Shown here: positions 30,601 through 45,100 of the stretch, piece by piece
Position numbering within the stretch: the stretch's first letter is position 1
How the letters are laid out: every line of letters begins with the position of its first letter
Assembly: GCA_964016885.1 (NCBI GenBank)
Contig: OZ024742.1
Coordinates: 7,998,001-8,062,000 of the forward strand
From: Eledone cirrhosa
Taxonomy: Eukaryota
Reading direction: 5' to 3'
DNA length: 64,000 bases
Position numbers and translations under genes: made by a program
Notes under the pieces: generated by a model
Told to the model about the DNA's origin: nothing
Database searches by the model: none
What the model saw: the letters and a program-made list of their open reading frames with translations, nothing else

Positions 30601-33600
30601 CGGCACCACTATGATTCCCCAGGAGACACAGTAACATGTACATAGGAACGTCTTATATCGATACGGCACCACTATGACTCCCTCAGGAGACAGTAATATG
30701 TACCTAAGAACGTCTTATATCAATACTGCACCTCTATGACTCCCTCAGGAAACACAGTATTATGTACCTAGGAACGTCTTATATCAATACGGCACCACTA
30801 TGACTCCCTCAGGAGACACAGTAAGATGTACATAAGACCGTCTTATATCAATACGGCACCACTATGACTCCCTCATGAGACACTGTAACATGTACCTATG
30901 AACGTCTTATATCAATACGGCACCACTATGACTCCCTCAGGAGACACAGTAACATGTACCTAGGAACGTCTTATATCAATACGGCACCACTATGACTCCC
31001 TCATGAGACACAGTAACATCTACCTAGGAACGTCTTATATCAATACGGCACCACTATGACTCCCTCAGGAGACACAATAACATGTACCTAGGAACGTGTT
31101 ATATCAATACGGCACCAATATGTCTCCCTCAGGAGACTCAGTAATATGTACCTAGGACGGTCCTATATCAATACGGCACAACTATGACTCCCTCGTGAGA
31201 CACAGTAACATGTACCTAGTAACGTCTTATATCGATACCACACCAGTATAACTCCCTCAGGAGGCACAGTAACATGTACCAAGGAACATCTTATATCAAT
31301 ACATCACCACTCTGACTCCCTCAGGAGACACAGTAACATGTACCTAGGAACATCATATATTAATAAGGCACCACTAAGACTCCCTCAGGAGACACAGTAA
31401 CATGTACATAGGAACGTCTTATATCAATACGGCACCACTATGTCTCCCTCAGGAGACACAGTAACATGTACCTAGGAACGTTTTATATCAATATGCCACC
31501 CCTATGACTCCCTCAGGAGACACAGTAACATGTACCTAGGAATGTCTTATCTCAATACGGCACCACTATGACTCCCTCAGGAGACAAAGTAACATGTACC
31601 TAGGGACGTCTTATATCAATACGGCACCACTATGATTCCCCCAGGAGACCCAGTAACATGTACATAGGAACGTCTTATATCAATACGGCACCACTATGAC
31701 TCCCTCAGGAGACACAGTAAAATGTACCTAAGACCGTCTTATATCAATACGGCACCACTATGACACCCTCAGGAGACACAATAACATGTACCTAGGAACG
31801 TCCTATAACAATACGGCACCACTGTGACTCCCTCATGAGACACAGTAACATGTAACTAGGAACGTATTATATCAATACGGCACCACTATGACTCCCGCAT
31901 GAGACACAGTAACATCTACCTAGGAACGTCTTATATAAATACGGTACCACTATGACTCCCTCGGGAGACTCAGTAATATGTACCTAGGAACGTCTTATCT
32001 CAATACGGCACCACTATGACTCCCTCATGAGACACAGTAACATCTACCTAGGAACGTCTTATATCAATACGGCACCAGTATGACTCCCTCAGGTGACACA
32101 GTAACATGTACCTAGGAGCGTCTTATATCAATACTGCACCACTATGACTCCCTCATGAGACACAGTAACATGTACCTATGAACGTCTTATATCAATACGG
32201 CACCAATATGTCTCCCTCAGGAGACACAGTAACATGTATCTAGGAACGTCTTATATCAATACGGCACCACTATGACTCCCTCAGGAGACACAGTAACATG
32301 TACCTAGGAAGTCTTATATCAATACGGCACCGACATGTCTCCCTCAGGAGACACAGTAACATGTACCTAGGACGGTCCTATATCAATACGGCACAACTAT
32401 GAATCCCTCGGGAGACACAGTAACATGTACCTAGTAACGTCTTATATCAATAGCACACCAGTATGACTCCCTCAGGAGGCACAGTAACATGTACCAAGTA
32501 ACATCTTATATCAATACGTCACCACTCTGACTCCCTCAGGAGACAAGGTAACATGTACCTAGGAACATCTTATATCAATACGGCACCACTATGACTCCCT
32601 CAGGAGACACAGTAACATGTACCTAGGAATGTCTTATATCAATACGGCACCACTATGACTCCCTCAGGAGACACAGTAACATGTACCTAGGAACATCTTA
32701 TATTAATACGGCACCACTATGACTCCCTCAGGAGACACAGTAACATGTAACTAGGAACGTCTTATCACAATACGGCACCACTATGACTCCCTCAGGAGAC
32801 ACAGTAACATGTACATAGGAACGTCTTATATCAATACGGCACCACTATGTCTCCCTCAGGAGACACAGTAACATGTACCTATGAACGTTTTATATCAATA
32901 TGGCACCACTATGACTCCCTCAGGAGACACAGTAACATGTACCTAGGAACGTCTTATATCAATACGGCACCACTATGACTCCCTCAGGAGACACAGTAAC
33001 ATGTACCTAGGAACGTCTTATATCAATACGGCACCACTATGACTCCCTCATGAGACACAGTAACATCTACCTAGGAACGTCTTATATCAATACGGCACCA
33101 CTATGACTCCCTCAGGAGACACAATAACATGTACCTAGGAACGTGTTATATCAATACGGCACCAATATGTCTCCCTCAGGAGACTCAGTAATATGTACCT
33201 AGGACGGTCCTATATCAATACGGCACAACTATGACTCCCTCGTGAGACACAGTAACATGTACCTAGTAACGTCTTATATCGATACCACACCAGTATAACT
33301 CCCTCAGGAGGCACAGTAACATGTACCAAGGAACATCTTATATCAATACGTCACCACTATGACTCCCTCAGGAGACACAGTAACATGTACCTAGGAACGT
33401 CCTATATCAATACTGCACCACTGTGACTCCCTCAGGAGACACAGTAACATGTACCTAGGAACGTCCTATTTCAATACGGCACCACTATAACTCAGTCAGG
33501 AGACACAGTAACATGTACCTAGGAACGTCTTATATCAATACGGCACCACTATGACTCCCTCAAGAGACACAGTAACATGTACATAGGAACGTCTTATATC

Positions 33601-36600
33601 AATACGGCACGACTATGACTCCCTCAGGAGACACAGTAACATGTACCTAGGAACGTCCTATATCAATACTGCACCACTGTGACTCCCTCAGGAGACACAT
33701 TGACATGTACCTAGGAACGTCTTATATCAATACGGCACCGCTATGAATCCCTCAGGAGACAAAGTAACATGTACATAGGAACGTCTTATATCAATACGGC
33801 ACCACTATGACTCCCTCAGGAGACGGTAATATGTACCTAGGACCGTCTTATATCAATACTGCACAACTGTGACTCCCTCATGAAACACAGCAACATGTAC
33901 ATAGGAACTACTTATATCAATACGGCACCACTATGACTCTCTCAGGAGACAGTAATATGTACCTAGGAACGCTTTTATCAATACGGTACCACTATGACTC
34001 CCTCAGGAGACACAGTAACATGTACCTAGGAACGTCTTATATCAATACGGCACCACTATGACTCCCTCAGGAGACACAGTAACATGTACCTAGGAACGTC
34101 TCGTATCAATACGGCACCACTATAAATCCCTCAGGAGACAATAACATGTACCTAGGAACGTCCTATATCAATACGGCACCACTATGACTCCCTCATGAGA
34201 CACAGTAACATGTACCTAGGAACGTCTTATATCAATACGGCACCACTATGACTCCCTCATGAGACACAGTAACATCTACCTAGGAACGTCTGATATCAAT
34301 ACGGCACCAGTATGACTCCCTCAGGTGACACAGTAACATGTACCTAGGAACGTCCTATATCAATACGGCGCCACTGTGACTCCCTCAGGAGACACAGTAA
34401 CATCTACCTAGGAACGTCTTATATCAATACGGCACCAGTATGACTCCCTCAGGTGACACAGTAACATGTACCTAGGAGCGTCTTATATCAATACTGCACC
34501 ACTATGACTCCCTCATGAGACACAGTAACATGTACCTATGAACGTCTTATATCAATACGGCACCAATATGTCTCCCTCAGGAGACACAGTAACATCTATC
34601 TAGGAACGTCTTATATCAATACGGCACCACTATGACTCCCTCAGGAGACACAGTAACATGTACCTAGGAACGTCTTATATCAATACGGCACCAACATGTC
34701 TCCCTCAGGAGACTCAGTAATATGTACCTAGGACGGTCATATATCAATACGACACAACTATGAATCCCTCGGGAGACACAGTAACATGTACCTAGTAACG
34801 TCTTATATCAATAGCACACCAGTATGACTCCCTCAGGAGGCACAGTAACATGTACCAAGGAACATCTTATATCAATACGTCACGACTCTGACTCCCTCAG
34901 GAGACAAGGTAACATGTACCTAGGAACATCTTATATCAATACGGCACCACTATGACTCCCTCAGGAGACACAGTAACATGTACCTAGGAATGTCTTATAT
35001 CAATACGGCACCACTATGACTCCCTCAGGAGACACAGTAACATGTACCTAGGAACATCTTATATTAATACGGCACCACTATGACTCCCTCAGAAGACACA
35101 GTAACATGTAACTAGGAACGTCTTATATCAATACGGCACCACTATGACTCCCTCAGGAGACACAGTAACATGTACATAGGAACGTCTTATATCAATACGG
35201 CACCACTATGTCTCCCTCAGGAGACACAGTAACATGTACCTAGGAACGTTTTAAATCAATATGGCACCACTATGACTCCGTCAGGAGACTCAGTAATATG
35301 TACCTAGGAACGTCTTATCTCAATACTGCACCACTATGACTCCCTCGGGAGACAAAGTAACATGTACCGAGGAACGTCTTATATCAATACGGCACCACTA
35401 TGATTCCCCAGGAGACACAGTAACATGTACATAGGAACGTCTTATATCGATACAGCACCACTATGACTCCCTCAGGAGACAGTAATATGTACCTAAGAAC
35501 GTCTTATATCAATACTGCACCTCTATGACTCCCTCTGGAAACACAGTATTATGTACCTAGGAACGTCTTATATCAATACGGCACCACTATGACTCCCTCA
35601 GGAGACACAGTAAGATGTACATAAGACCGTCTTATATCAATACGGCACCACTATGACTCCCTCATGAGACACTGTAACATGTACCTATGAACGTCTTATA
35701 TCAATACGGCACCACTATGACTCCCTCAGGAGACACAGTAACATGTACCTAGGAACGTCTTATATCAATACGGCACCACTATGACTCCCTCATGAGACAC
35801 AGTAACATCTACCTAGGAACGTCTTATATCAATACGGCACCACTATGACTCCCTCAGGAGACACAATAACATGTACCTAGGAACGTGTTATATCAATACG
35901 GCACCAATATGTCTCCCTCAGGAGACTCAGTAATATGTACCTAGGACGGTCCTATATCAATACGGCACAACTATGACTCCCTCGTGAGACACAGTAACAT
36001 GTACCTAGTAACGTCTTATATCGATACCACACCAGTATAACTCCCTCAGGAGGCACAGTAACATGTACCAAGGAACATCTTATATCAATACATCACCACT
36101 CTGACTCCCTCAGGAGACACAGTAACATGTACCTAGGAACATCATATATTAATAAGGCACCACTATGACTCCCTCAGGAGACACAGTAACATGTACATAG
36201 GAACGTCTTATATCAATACGGCACCACTATGTCTCCCTCAGGAGACACAGTAACATGTACCTAGGAACGTTTTATATCAATATGCCACCCCTATGACTCC
36301 CTCAGGAGACACAGTAACATGTTCCTAGGAATGTCTTATCTCAATACAGCACCACTATGACTCCCTCAGGAGACAAAGTAACATGTACCTAGGGACGTCT
36401 TATATCAATACGGCACCACTATGATTCCCCCAGGAGACCCAGTAACATGTACATAGGAACGTCTTATATCAATACAGCACCACTATGACTCCCTCAGGAG
36501 ACACAGTAAAATGTACCTAAGACCGTCTTATATCAATACGGCACCACTATGACACCCTCAGGAGACACAATAACATGTACCTAGGAACGTCCTATAACAA

Positions 36601-39600
36601 TACGGCACCACTATGACTCCCTCATGAGACACAGTAACATGTAACTAGGAACGTATTATATCAATACGGCACCACTATGACTCCCGCATGAGACACAGTA
36701 ACATCTACCTAGGAACGTCTTATATAAATACGGTACCACTATGACTCCCTCGGGAGACTCAGTAATATGTATCTAGGAACGTCTTATCTCAATACGGCAC
36801 CACTATGACTCCCTCGGGTGACAAAGTAACATGTACATAGGAACGTCTTATATAAATACGGTACCACTATGATTCCCCCAGGAGACACAGTAACATGTAC
36901 ATAGGAACGTCTTATATCAATACGGCACCAGTATGACTCCCTCAGGAGACAGTAATATGTACCTAAGAACGTCTTATATCAATAGTGCACCTCTATGAGT
37001 CCCTCAGGAGACACAGTATTATGTACCTAGGAACGTCTTATATCAATACGGCACCACTATGACTCCCTCAGGAGACACAGTATGATGTACCTAAGACCGT
37101 CTTATATCAATACGGCACCACTATGACACCCTCAGGAGACACAATAACATGTACGTAGGAACGTCCTATATCAATACGGCACCACTATGACTCCCTCAAG
37201 AGACACAGTAACATGTAAATAGGAACGTATTATATCAATACGGCACCACTATGACTCCCTCATGAGACACAGTAACATCTACCTAGGAACGTCTTATATC
37301 AATACGGCACCACTATGACTACCTCAGGAGACACAGTAAGATGAACCTAGGACCGTCTTATATAAATACTGCTCCACTGTGACTCCCTCATGAAACACCG
37401 CCACATGTACCTAGGAACGCTTATATCAATAGGGCACCACTATGATTCCCTCAGGAGACACAGTAACATGTACCTAGGAACGTCTTATATCAATACGGCA
37501 CAACTCTGAGTCCCCCAGGAGACACAGTAACATGTACCTAGGAACGTCTTATATCAATACGGCACCAACATGTCTCCCTCAGGAGACTCAGTAATATGTA
37601 CCTAGGACGGTCCTATATCAATACGGCACAACTATGAATCCCTCGGGAGACACAGTAACATGTACCTAGTAACGTCTTATATCAATAGCACACCAGTATG
37701 ACTCCCTCAGGAGGCACAGTAACATGTACCAAGGAACATCTTATATCAATACGTCACGACTCTGACTCCCTCAGGAGACAAGGTAACATGTACCTAGGAA
37801 CATCTTATATCAATACGGCACCACTATGACTCCCTCAGGAGACACAGTAACATGTACCTAGGAATGTCTTATATCAATACGGCACCACTATGACTCCCTC
37901 AGGAGACACAGTAACATGTACCTAGGAACATCTTATATTAATACGGCACCACTATGACTCCCTCAGAAGACACAGTAACATGTAACTAGGAACGTCTTAT
38001 ATCAATACGACACCACTATGACTCCCTCAGGAGACACAGTAACATGTACATAGGAACGTCTTATATCAATACGGCACCACTATGTCTCCCTCAGGAGACA
38101 CAGTAACATGTACCTAGGAACGTTTTAAATCAATATGGCACCACTATGACTCCCTCAGGAGACTCAGTAACATGTACCTAGGAACGTCTTATATTAATAC
38201 GTCACCACTATGACTCCGTCAGGAGACTCAGTAATATGTACCTATGAACGTCTTATCTCAATACTGCACCACTATGACTCCCTCGGGAGACAAAGTAACA
38301 TGTACCGAGGAACGTCTTATATCAATACGGCACCACTATGATTCCCCCAGGAGACACAGTAACATGTACATAGGAACGTCTTATATCGATACGGCACCAC
38401 TATGACTCCCTCAGGAGACAGTAATATGTACCTAAGAACGTCTTATATCAATACTGCACCTCTATGACTCCCTCAGGAAACACAGTATTATGTACCTAGG
38501 AACGTCTTATATCAATACGGCACCACTATGACTCCCTCAGGAGACACAGTAAGATGTACATAAGACCGTCTTATATCAATACGGCACCACTATGACTCCC
38601 TCATGAGACACTGTAACATGTACCTATGAACGTCTTATATCAATACGGCACCACTATGACTCCCTCAGGAGACACAGTAACATGTACCTAGGAACGTCTT
38701 ATATCAATACGGCACCACTATGACTCCCTCATGAGACACAGTAACATCTACCTAGGAACGTCTTATATCAATACGGCACCACTATGACTCCCTCAGGAGA
38801 CACAATAACATGTACCTAGGAACGTGTTATATCAATACGGCACCAATATTTCTCCCTCAGGAGACTCAGTAATATGTACCTAGGACGGTCCTATATCAAT
38901 ACGGCACAACTATGACTCCCTCGTGAGACACAGTAACATGTACCTAGTAACGTCTTATATCGATACCACACCAGTATAACTCCCTCAGGAGGCACAGTAA
39001 CATGTACCAAGGAACATCTTATATCAATACATCACCACTCTGACTCCCTCAGGAGACACAGTAACATGTACCTAGGAACGTTTTATATCAATATGCCACC
39101 CCTATGACTCCCTCAGGAGACACAGTAACATGTACCTAGGAACGTCTTATATCAATACGGCACCACTATGACTCCCTCAGGAGACTCAGTAATTTGTACC
39201 TAGGAACGTCTTATCTCAATAAGGCACCACTATGACTCCCTCAGGAGACAAAGTAACATGTACCTAGGGACGTGTTATATCAATACGGCACCACTATGAT
39301 TCCCCCAGGAGACCCAGTAACATGTACATAGAAACGTCTTATATCAATACGGCACCACTATGACTCCCTCAGGAGACATAGTAAAATGTACCTAAGACCG
39401 TCTTATATCAATACGGCACCACTATGACACCCTCAGGAGACACAATAACATGTACCTAGGAACGTCCTATAACAATACGGCACCACTATGACTCCCTCAT
39501 GAGACACAGTAACATGTAACTAGGAACGTATTATATCAATACGGCACCACTATGACTCCCGCATGAGACACAGTAACATCTACCTAGGAACGTCTTATAT

Positions 39601-40440
39601 AAATACGGTACCACTATGACTCCCTCGGGAGACTCAGTAATATGTACCTAGGAACGTCTTATCTCAATACGGCACCACTATGACTCCCTTGGGTGACAAA
39701 GTAACATGTACCTAGGAACGTCTTATATAAATACGGTACCACTATGATTCCCCCAGGAGACACAGTAACATGTACATAGGAACGTCTTATATCAATACGG
39801 CACCAGTATGACTCCCTCAGGAGACAGTAATATGTACCTAAGAACGTCTTATATCAATAGTGCACCTCTATGAGTCCCTCAGGAGACACAGTATTATGTA
39901 CCTAGGAACGTCTTATATCAATACGGCACCACTATGACTCCCTCAGGAGACACAGTAAGATGTACCTAAGACCGTCTTATATCAATACGGCACCACTATG
40001 ACACCCTCAGGAGACACAATAACATGTACGTAGGAACGTCCTATATCAATACGGCACCACTATGACTCCCTCAAGAGACACAGTAACATGTAAATAGGAA
40101 CGTATTATATCAATACGGCACCACTATGACTCCCTCATGAGACACAGTAACATCTACCTAGGAACGTCTTATATCAATACGGCACCACTATGACTACCTC
40201 AGGAGACACAGTAAGATGAACCTAGGACCGTCTTATATAAATACTGCTCCACTGTGACTCCCTCATGAAACACCGCAACATGTACCTAGGAACGCTTATA
40301 TCAATACGGCACCACTATGATTCCCTCAGGAGACACAGTAACATGTACCTAGGAACGTCTTATATCAATACGGCACAACTCTGAGTCCCTCAGGAGACAC
40401 AGTAACATGTACCTAGGAACGTCCTATATCAATACTGCAC
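21700..40440. repeat. Central satellite domain: nested multi-kb tandem duplications carrying the GGACGGTC/CTAGTAACG/GGAGGCAC/ACCAAGG cassette
   Basis: CCGACATGTC at 23071, 27221 and 32330. ACATCACCACTCTG at ~27087, 31301, 36090 and ~39029. GGTACCAC/GAACTACTTA block near 22.4, 24.9, 29.1 and 33.9 kb. Duplicated segments 34690-37560 vs 37561-40440 (offset 2874-2875). Confidence 0.88.
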
Positions 40441-40949
40441 CACTGTGACTCCCTTAGGAGACACAGTAACATGTACGTAGGAACGTCTTATATCAATGCG
40501 GCACAACTATGATTCCCTCAGGAGACACAGTAACATGTACCTAAGAACGTCTTATATCAATACGGCACCACTCTGACTCCCTCAGGAGACGCAGTAACAT
40601 GTACCTAGGAACGTCTTATATCAATACAGCACCACTATGACACCCTCAGGAGACACAGTAACATGTACCTAGGAACGTCTTATCTCAATACGGCACCACT
40701 ATGACTCCCTCAGGTGACACAGTATCATGTACCTAGGAATGTCTTATATCAATACGACACCACTATGACTCCTTCAGGAGACACAGTAACATGTATCTAG
40801 GAACGTCTTATATCAATACGGCACCACTGTGACTCCCTCAGGAGACACAATAACATGTACCTAGGAACGTCCTATATCAATACGGCACCACTATGACTCC
40901 CTCATGAGACACAGTAACATGTACCTAGGAACGTCTTATATCAATACGG

Positions 40950-43900
40950 CACCACTGTGACACCCCCAGGAGACACAATAACATGTTCCTAGGAATGTCT
41001 TACATCAATACGGCACCACTATGACTCCCTCAGGGGACACAGTAACATGTACCTAGGAACGTCTTATATCAATACGGCACCACAATGACTCCCTCAGGAG
41101 ACACAGTAACATGTACCTAGGAACGTCTTATATCAATACGGCACCACTGTGACACCCCCAGGAGACACAATAACATGTACCTAGGAACGTCTTATATCAA
41201 TACGGCACAACTATGACTCCCTCAGGAGACACAGTAACATGTACCTAGGAACGCCTTATATCAATACGGCACCACTATGACTCCCTCAGGAGACACAGTA
41301 ACATGTACCTAGGAACGTCCTATATCAACACGGCGCCACTGTGACTCCCTCAGGAGAGACAGTAACATGTACCTAGGAACTTCCTATCTCAATACGGCAC
41401 CACTATGACTCCCTCATGAGACTCAGTAACATGTACCTAGGAACGTCCTATATCAATACGGACCACTCTGACTCCCTCAGGAGACACAGTAACATGTACC
41501 TAGGAACGTCCTATATCAATACGGCGCCACTGTGACTCCCTCAGGAGACACAGTAACATGTACCTAGGAACGTCCTATATCAATACGGCGCCACTGTGAC
41601 TCCCTCAAAAGACACAGTAACATGTACCTAGGAACGTCCTATCTCGATACGGCACCACTATGACTCCCTCAGGAGACTCAGTAACATGTACCTAGGAACG
41701 TCCTATATCAATACGGACCACTATGACACCCACAGGCGACACAGTAACATGTACCTAGGAACGTCTTATATCAATACGGCACCACTGTGACACCCCCAGG
41801 AGACACAGTAACATGTACCTAGGAACGTCTTATATCAATACGGCACCTCTGTGACACCCCCAGGAGACACAGTAACATGTACCTAGAAACGTCTTATATC
41901 AATACGGCACCACTATGACTCCCTCAGGAGACACAGTAACATGTACCTCGGAACGTCTTATATCAATACGGCACCACTATGACTCCCTCAGGAGACACAG
42001 TAACATGTACCTAGGAACGTCTTATATCAATACGGCACCTCTGTGACACCCCAGGAGACACAGTAACATGTACCTAGGAACGCCTTATATCAATACGGCA
42101 CCACTGTGACACCCCCAGGAGACACAGTAACATGTACCTAGGAACGTCTTATATCAATACGGCACCACTGTGACACCCCAAGGAGACACAATAACATGTA
42201 CCTAGGAACGTCTTATATCAATACGGCACCACTGTGACACCCCCAGGAGACACAATAACATGTACCTAGGAACGTCTTATATCAATACGGCACCACTGTG
42301 ACACCCCCAAGAGACACAATAACATGTACCTAGGAACGTCTTATATCAATACGGCACCACTGTGACACCCCCAGGAGACACAATAACATGTACCTAGGAA
42401 CGTCTTATATCAATACGGCACCACTATGACTCCCTCAGGAGACACAGTAACATGTACCTAGGAAAGTCTTATATCAATACGGCACCAATGTGACACCCCC
42501 AGGAGACACAATAACATGTACCTAGGAACGTCTTATATCAATACGGCACAACTATGACTCCCTCAGGAGACACAGTAACATGTACCTAGGAACGTCTTAT
42601 ATCAATACGGCACCACTATGACTCTCTCAGGAGACACAGTAACATGTATCTAGGAACGTCTTATATCAATACGGCACCACTGTGACTCCATCAGGAGACA
42701 CAATAACATGTATCTGGCAACGTCTTATATCAATACAGCACCACCATGACTCTCTCAGGAGACACAGTAACATGTACCTAGGAACGCCTTATATCAATAC
42801 GGCACCACTATGACTCCCTCAGGAGACACAGTAACATGTACCTAGGAACGTCTTATATCAATACAGCACCATTATGACACCCACAGGAGACACAGTAACA
42901 TGTACCTAGGAACGTCTTATATTAATACGGCACCACTGTGACACCCCCAGGAGACACAGTAACATGTACCTCGGAACGTCTTATATCAATACGGCACCAC
43001 TGTGACACCCCCAGGAGACACAGTAACATGTACCTATGAACGTATTATATCAATACGGCACCACTGTGGCTCCCTCAGGAGACACAGTAACATGTATCTA
43101 GGAACGTCTTATATCAATACGGAACCACTATGACTCCCTCAGGAGACACAGTAACATGTACCTAGGAACGTCTAATATCAATACGACACCACTATGACTC
43201 CCTCAGGTGACACATTAACATGTACCTATGAACGTCTTATATCAATACGGCATCACTGTGACTCCCTCAGGAGACCCAGTAACATGCACCTAGGAACGTC
43301 CTATATCAATACGGCACCACTATGACTCCCTCAGGAGACACAGTAAAATGTACCTAAGAACGTCTTATTTCAATACGGCACCACTATAATTCACTCAGGA
43401 GACACAGTAACATGTACATAGGGACGTCTTATATCAATACGGCACCACTATGACTCCCTCAGGAGACACAGTAACATGTATCTAGGAACGTCCTATATCA
43501 ATACGGCGCCACTGTGACTCCCTCAGGAGACACAGTAACATGTACCTAGGAACGTGCTATATCAATACGGCGTCACTTTGACTCCCTCAAAAGACACAGT
43601 AACATGTACCTAGGAACGTCCTATCTCGATAAGACACCACTATGACTCCCTCAGGCGACACAGTAACATGTACCTAGGAACGTCTTATATCAATACGGCA
43701 CCACTGTGACACCCCCAGGAGACAGTAACATGTACCTAGGAACGTCTTATATCAATACGGCACCTCTGTGACACCCCCAGGAGACACAGTAACATGTACC
43801 TAGAAACGTCTTATATCAATACGGCACCACTATGACTCCCTCAGGAGACACAGTAACATGTACCTCGGAACGTCTTATATCAATACGGCACCACTATGAC

Positions 43901-45100
43901 TCCCTCAGGAGACACAGTAACATGTACCTAGGAACGTCTTATATCAATACGGCACCTCTGTTACATCCCAGGAGACACAGTAACATGTACCCAGGAACGC
44001 CTTATATCAATACGGCACCACTGTGACACCCCCAGGAGACACAGTAACATGTACCTAGGAACGTCTTATATCAATACGGCACCACTGTGACACCCCCAGG
44101 AGACCCAATAACATGTACCTAGGAACGTCCTATATCAATACGGCACAACTATGACTCCCTCAGGAGACACAGTAACATGTACCTAGGAACGTCTTATATC
44201 AATACGGCAGCACTATGACTCTCTCATGAGTCACAGTAACATGTATCTAGGAACGTCTTATATCAATACGGCACCACTGTGACTCCATCAGGAGACACAA
44301 TAACATGTATCTAGCAACGTCTTATATAAATACGGCACCACTATGACTCCCTCAGGAGACACAGTAACATGTACCTAGGAACGCCTTATATCAATACGGC
44401 ACCACTATGACTCCCTCAGGAGACTCAGTAACGTGTACCTAGGAACGTCTTATATTAATACGGCACCACTATGACTCCCTCAGGTGACAAAGTAACATGT
44501 ACCTAGGAACGTCTTATATCAATACGACACCACTATGTCTCCCTCAGGAGACACAGAAACATGTACCTAAGAACGTCTTATTTCCACACGGCATCACTAT
44601 AATTCACTCAGGAGACACAGTAACATGTACCTAGGAACGTCTTATATCAATACGGCACCACTATGACTCCCTCAGGAGACACAGTAACATGTACCTAGGA
44701 ACGTCCTATATCAATACGGCGCCAATGTGACTCCCTCAGGAGACACAGTAACATGTACCTAGGAACGTCTTATATCAATACAGCACCATTATGACACCCA
44801 CAGGAGACACAGTAACATGTACCTAGGAACGTCTTATATTAATACGGCACCACTATGACACCCCCAGGAGACACAGTAACATGTACCTCGGAACGTCTTA
44901 TATCAATACGGCACCACTGTGACACCCCCAGGAGACACAGTAACATGTACCTATGAACGTCTTATATCAATACGGCACCACTGTGACTCCCTCAGGAGAC
45001 ACAGTAACATGTACCTCGGAACGTCTTATATCAATACGGCACCACTGTGACACCCCCAGGAGACACAGTAACATGTACCTAGGGACGTCTTATATGAATA
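40950..45100. repeat. Transition domain dominated by the CTGTGACACCCCCAGG monomer type
   Basis: Runs of adjacent monomers with CTGTGACACCCCC (+/- CACAATAAC), e.g. 42100-42400. The block ~41.5-42.8 kb is partly repeated at ~43.5-44.4 kb (CTCAAAAGAC at ~41604 and ~43586). Confidence 0.82.
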
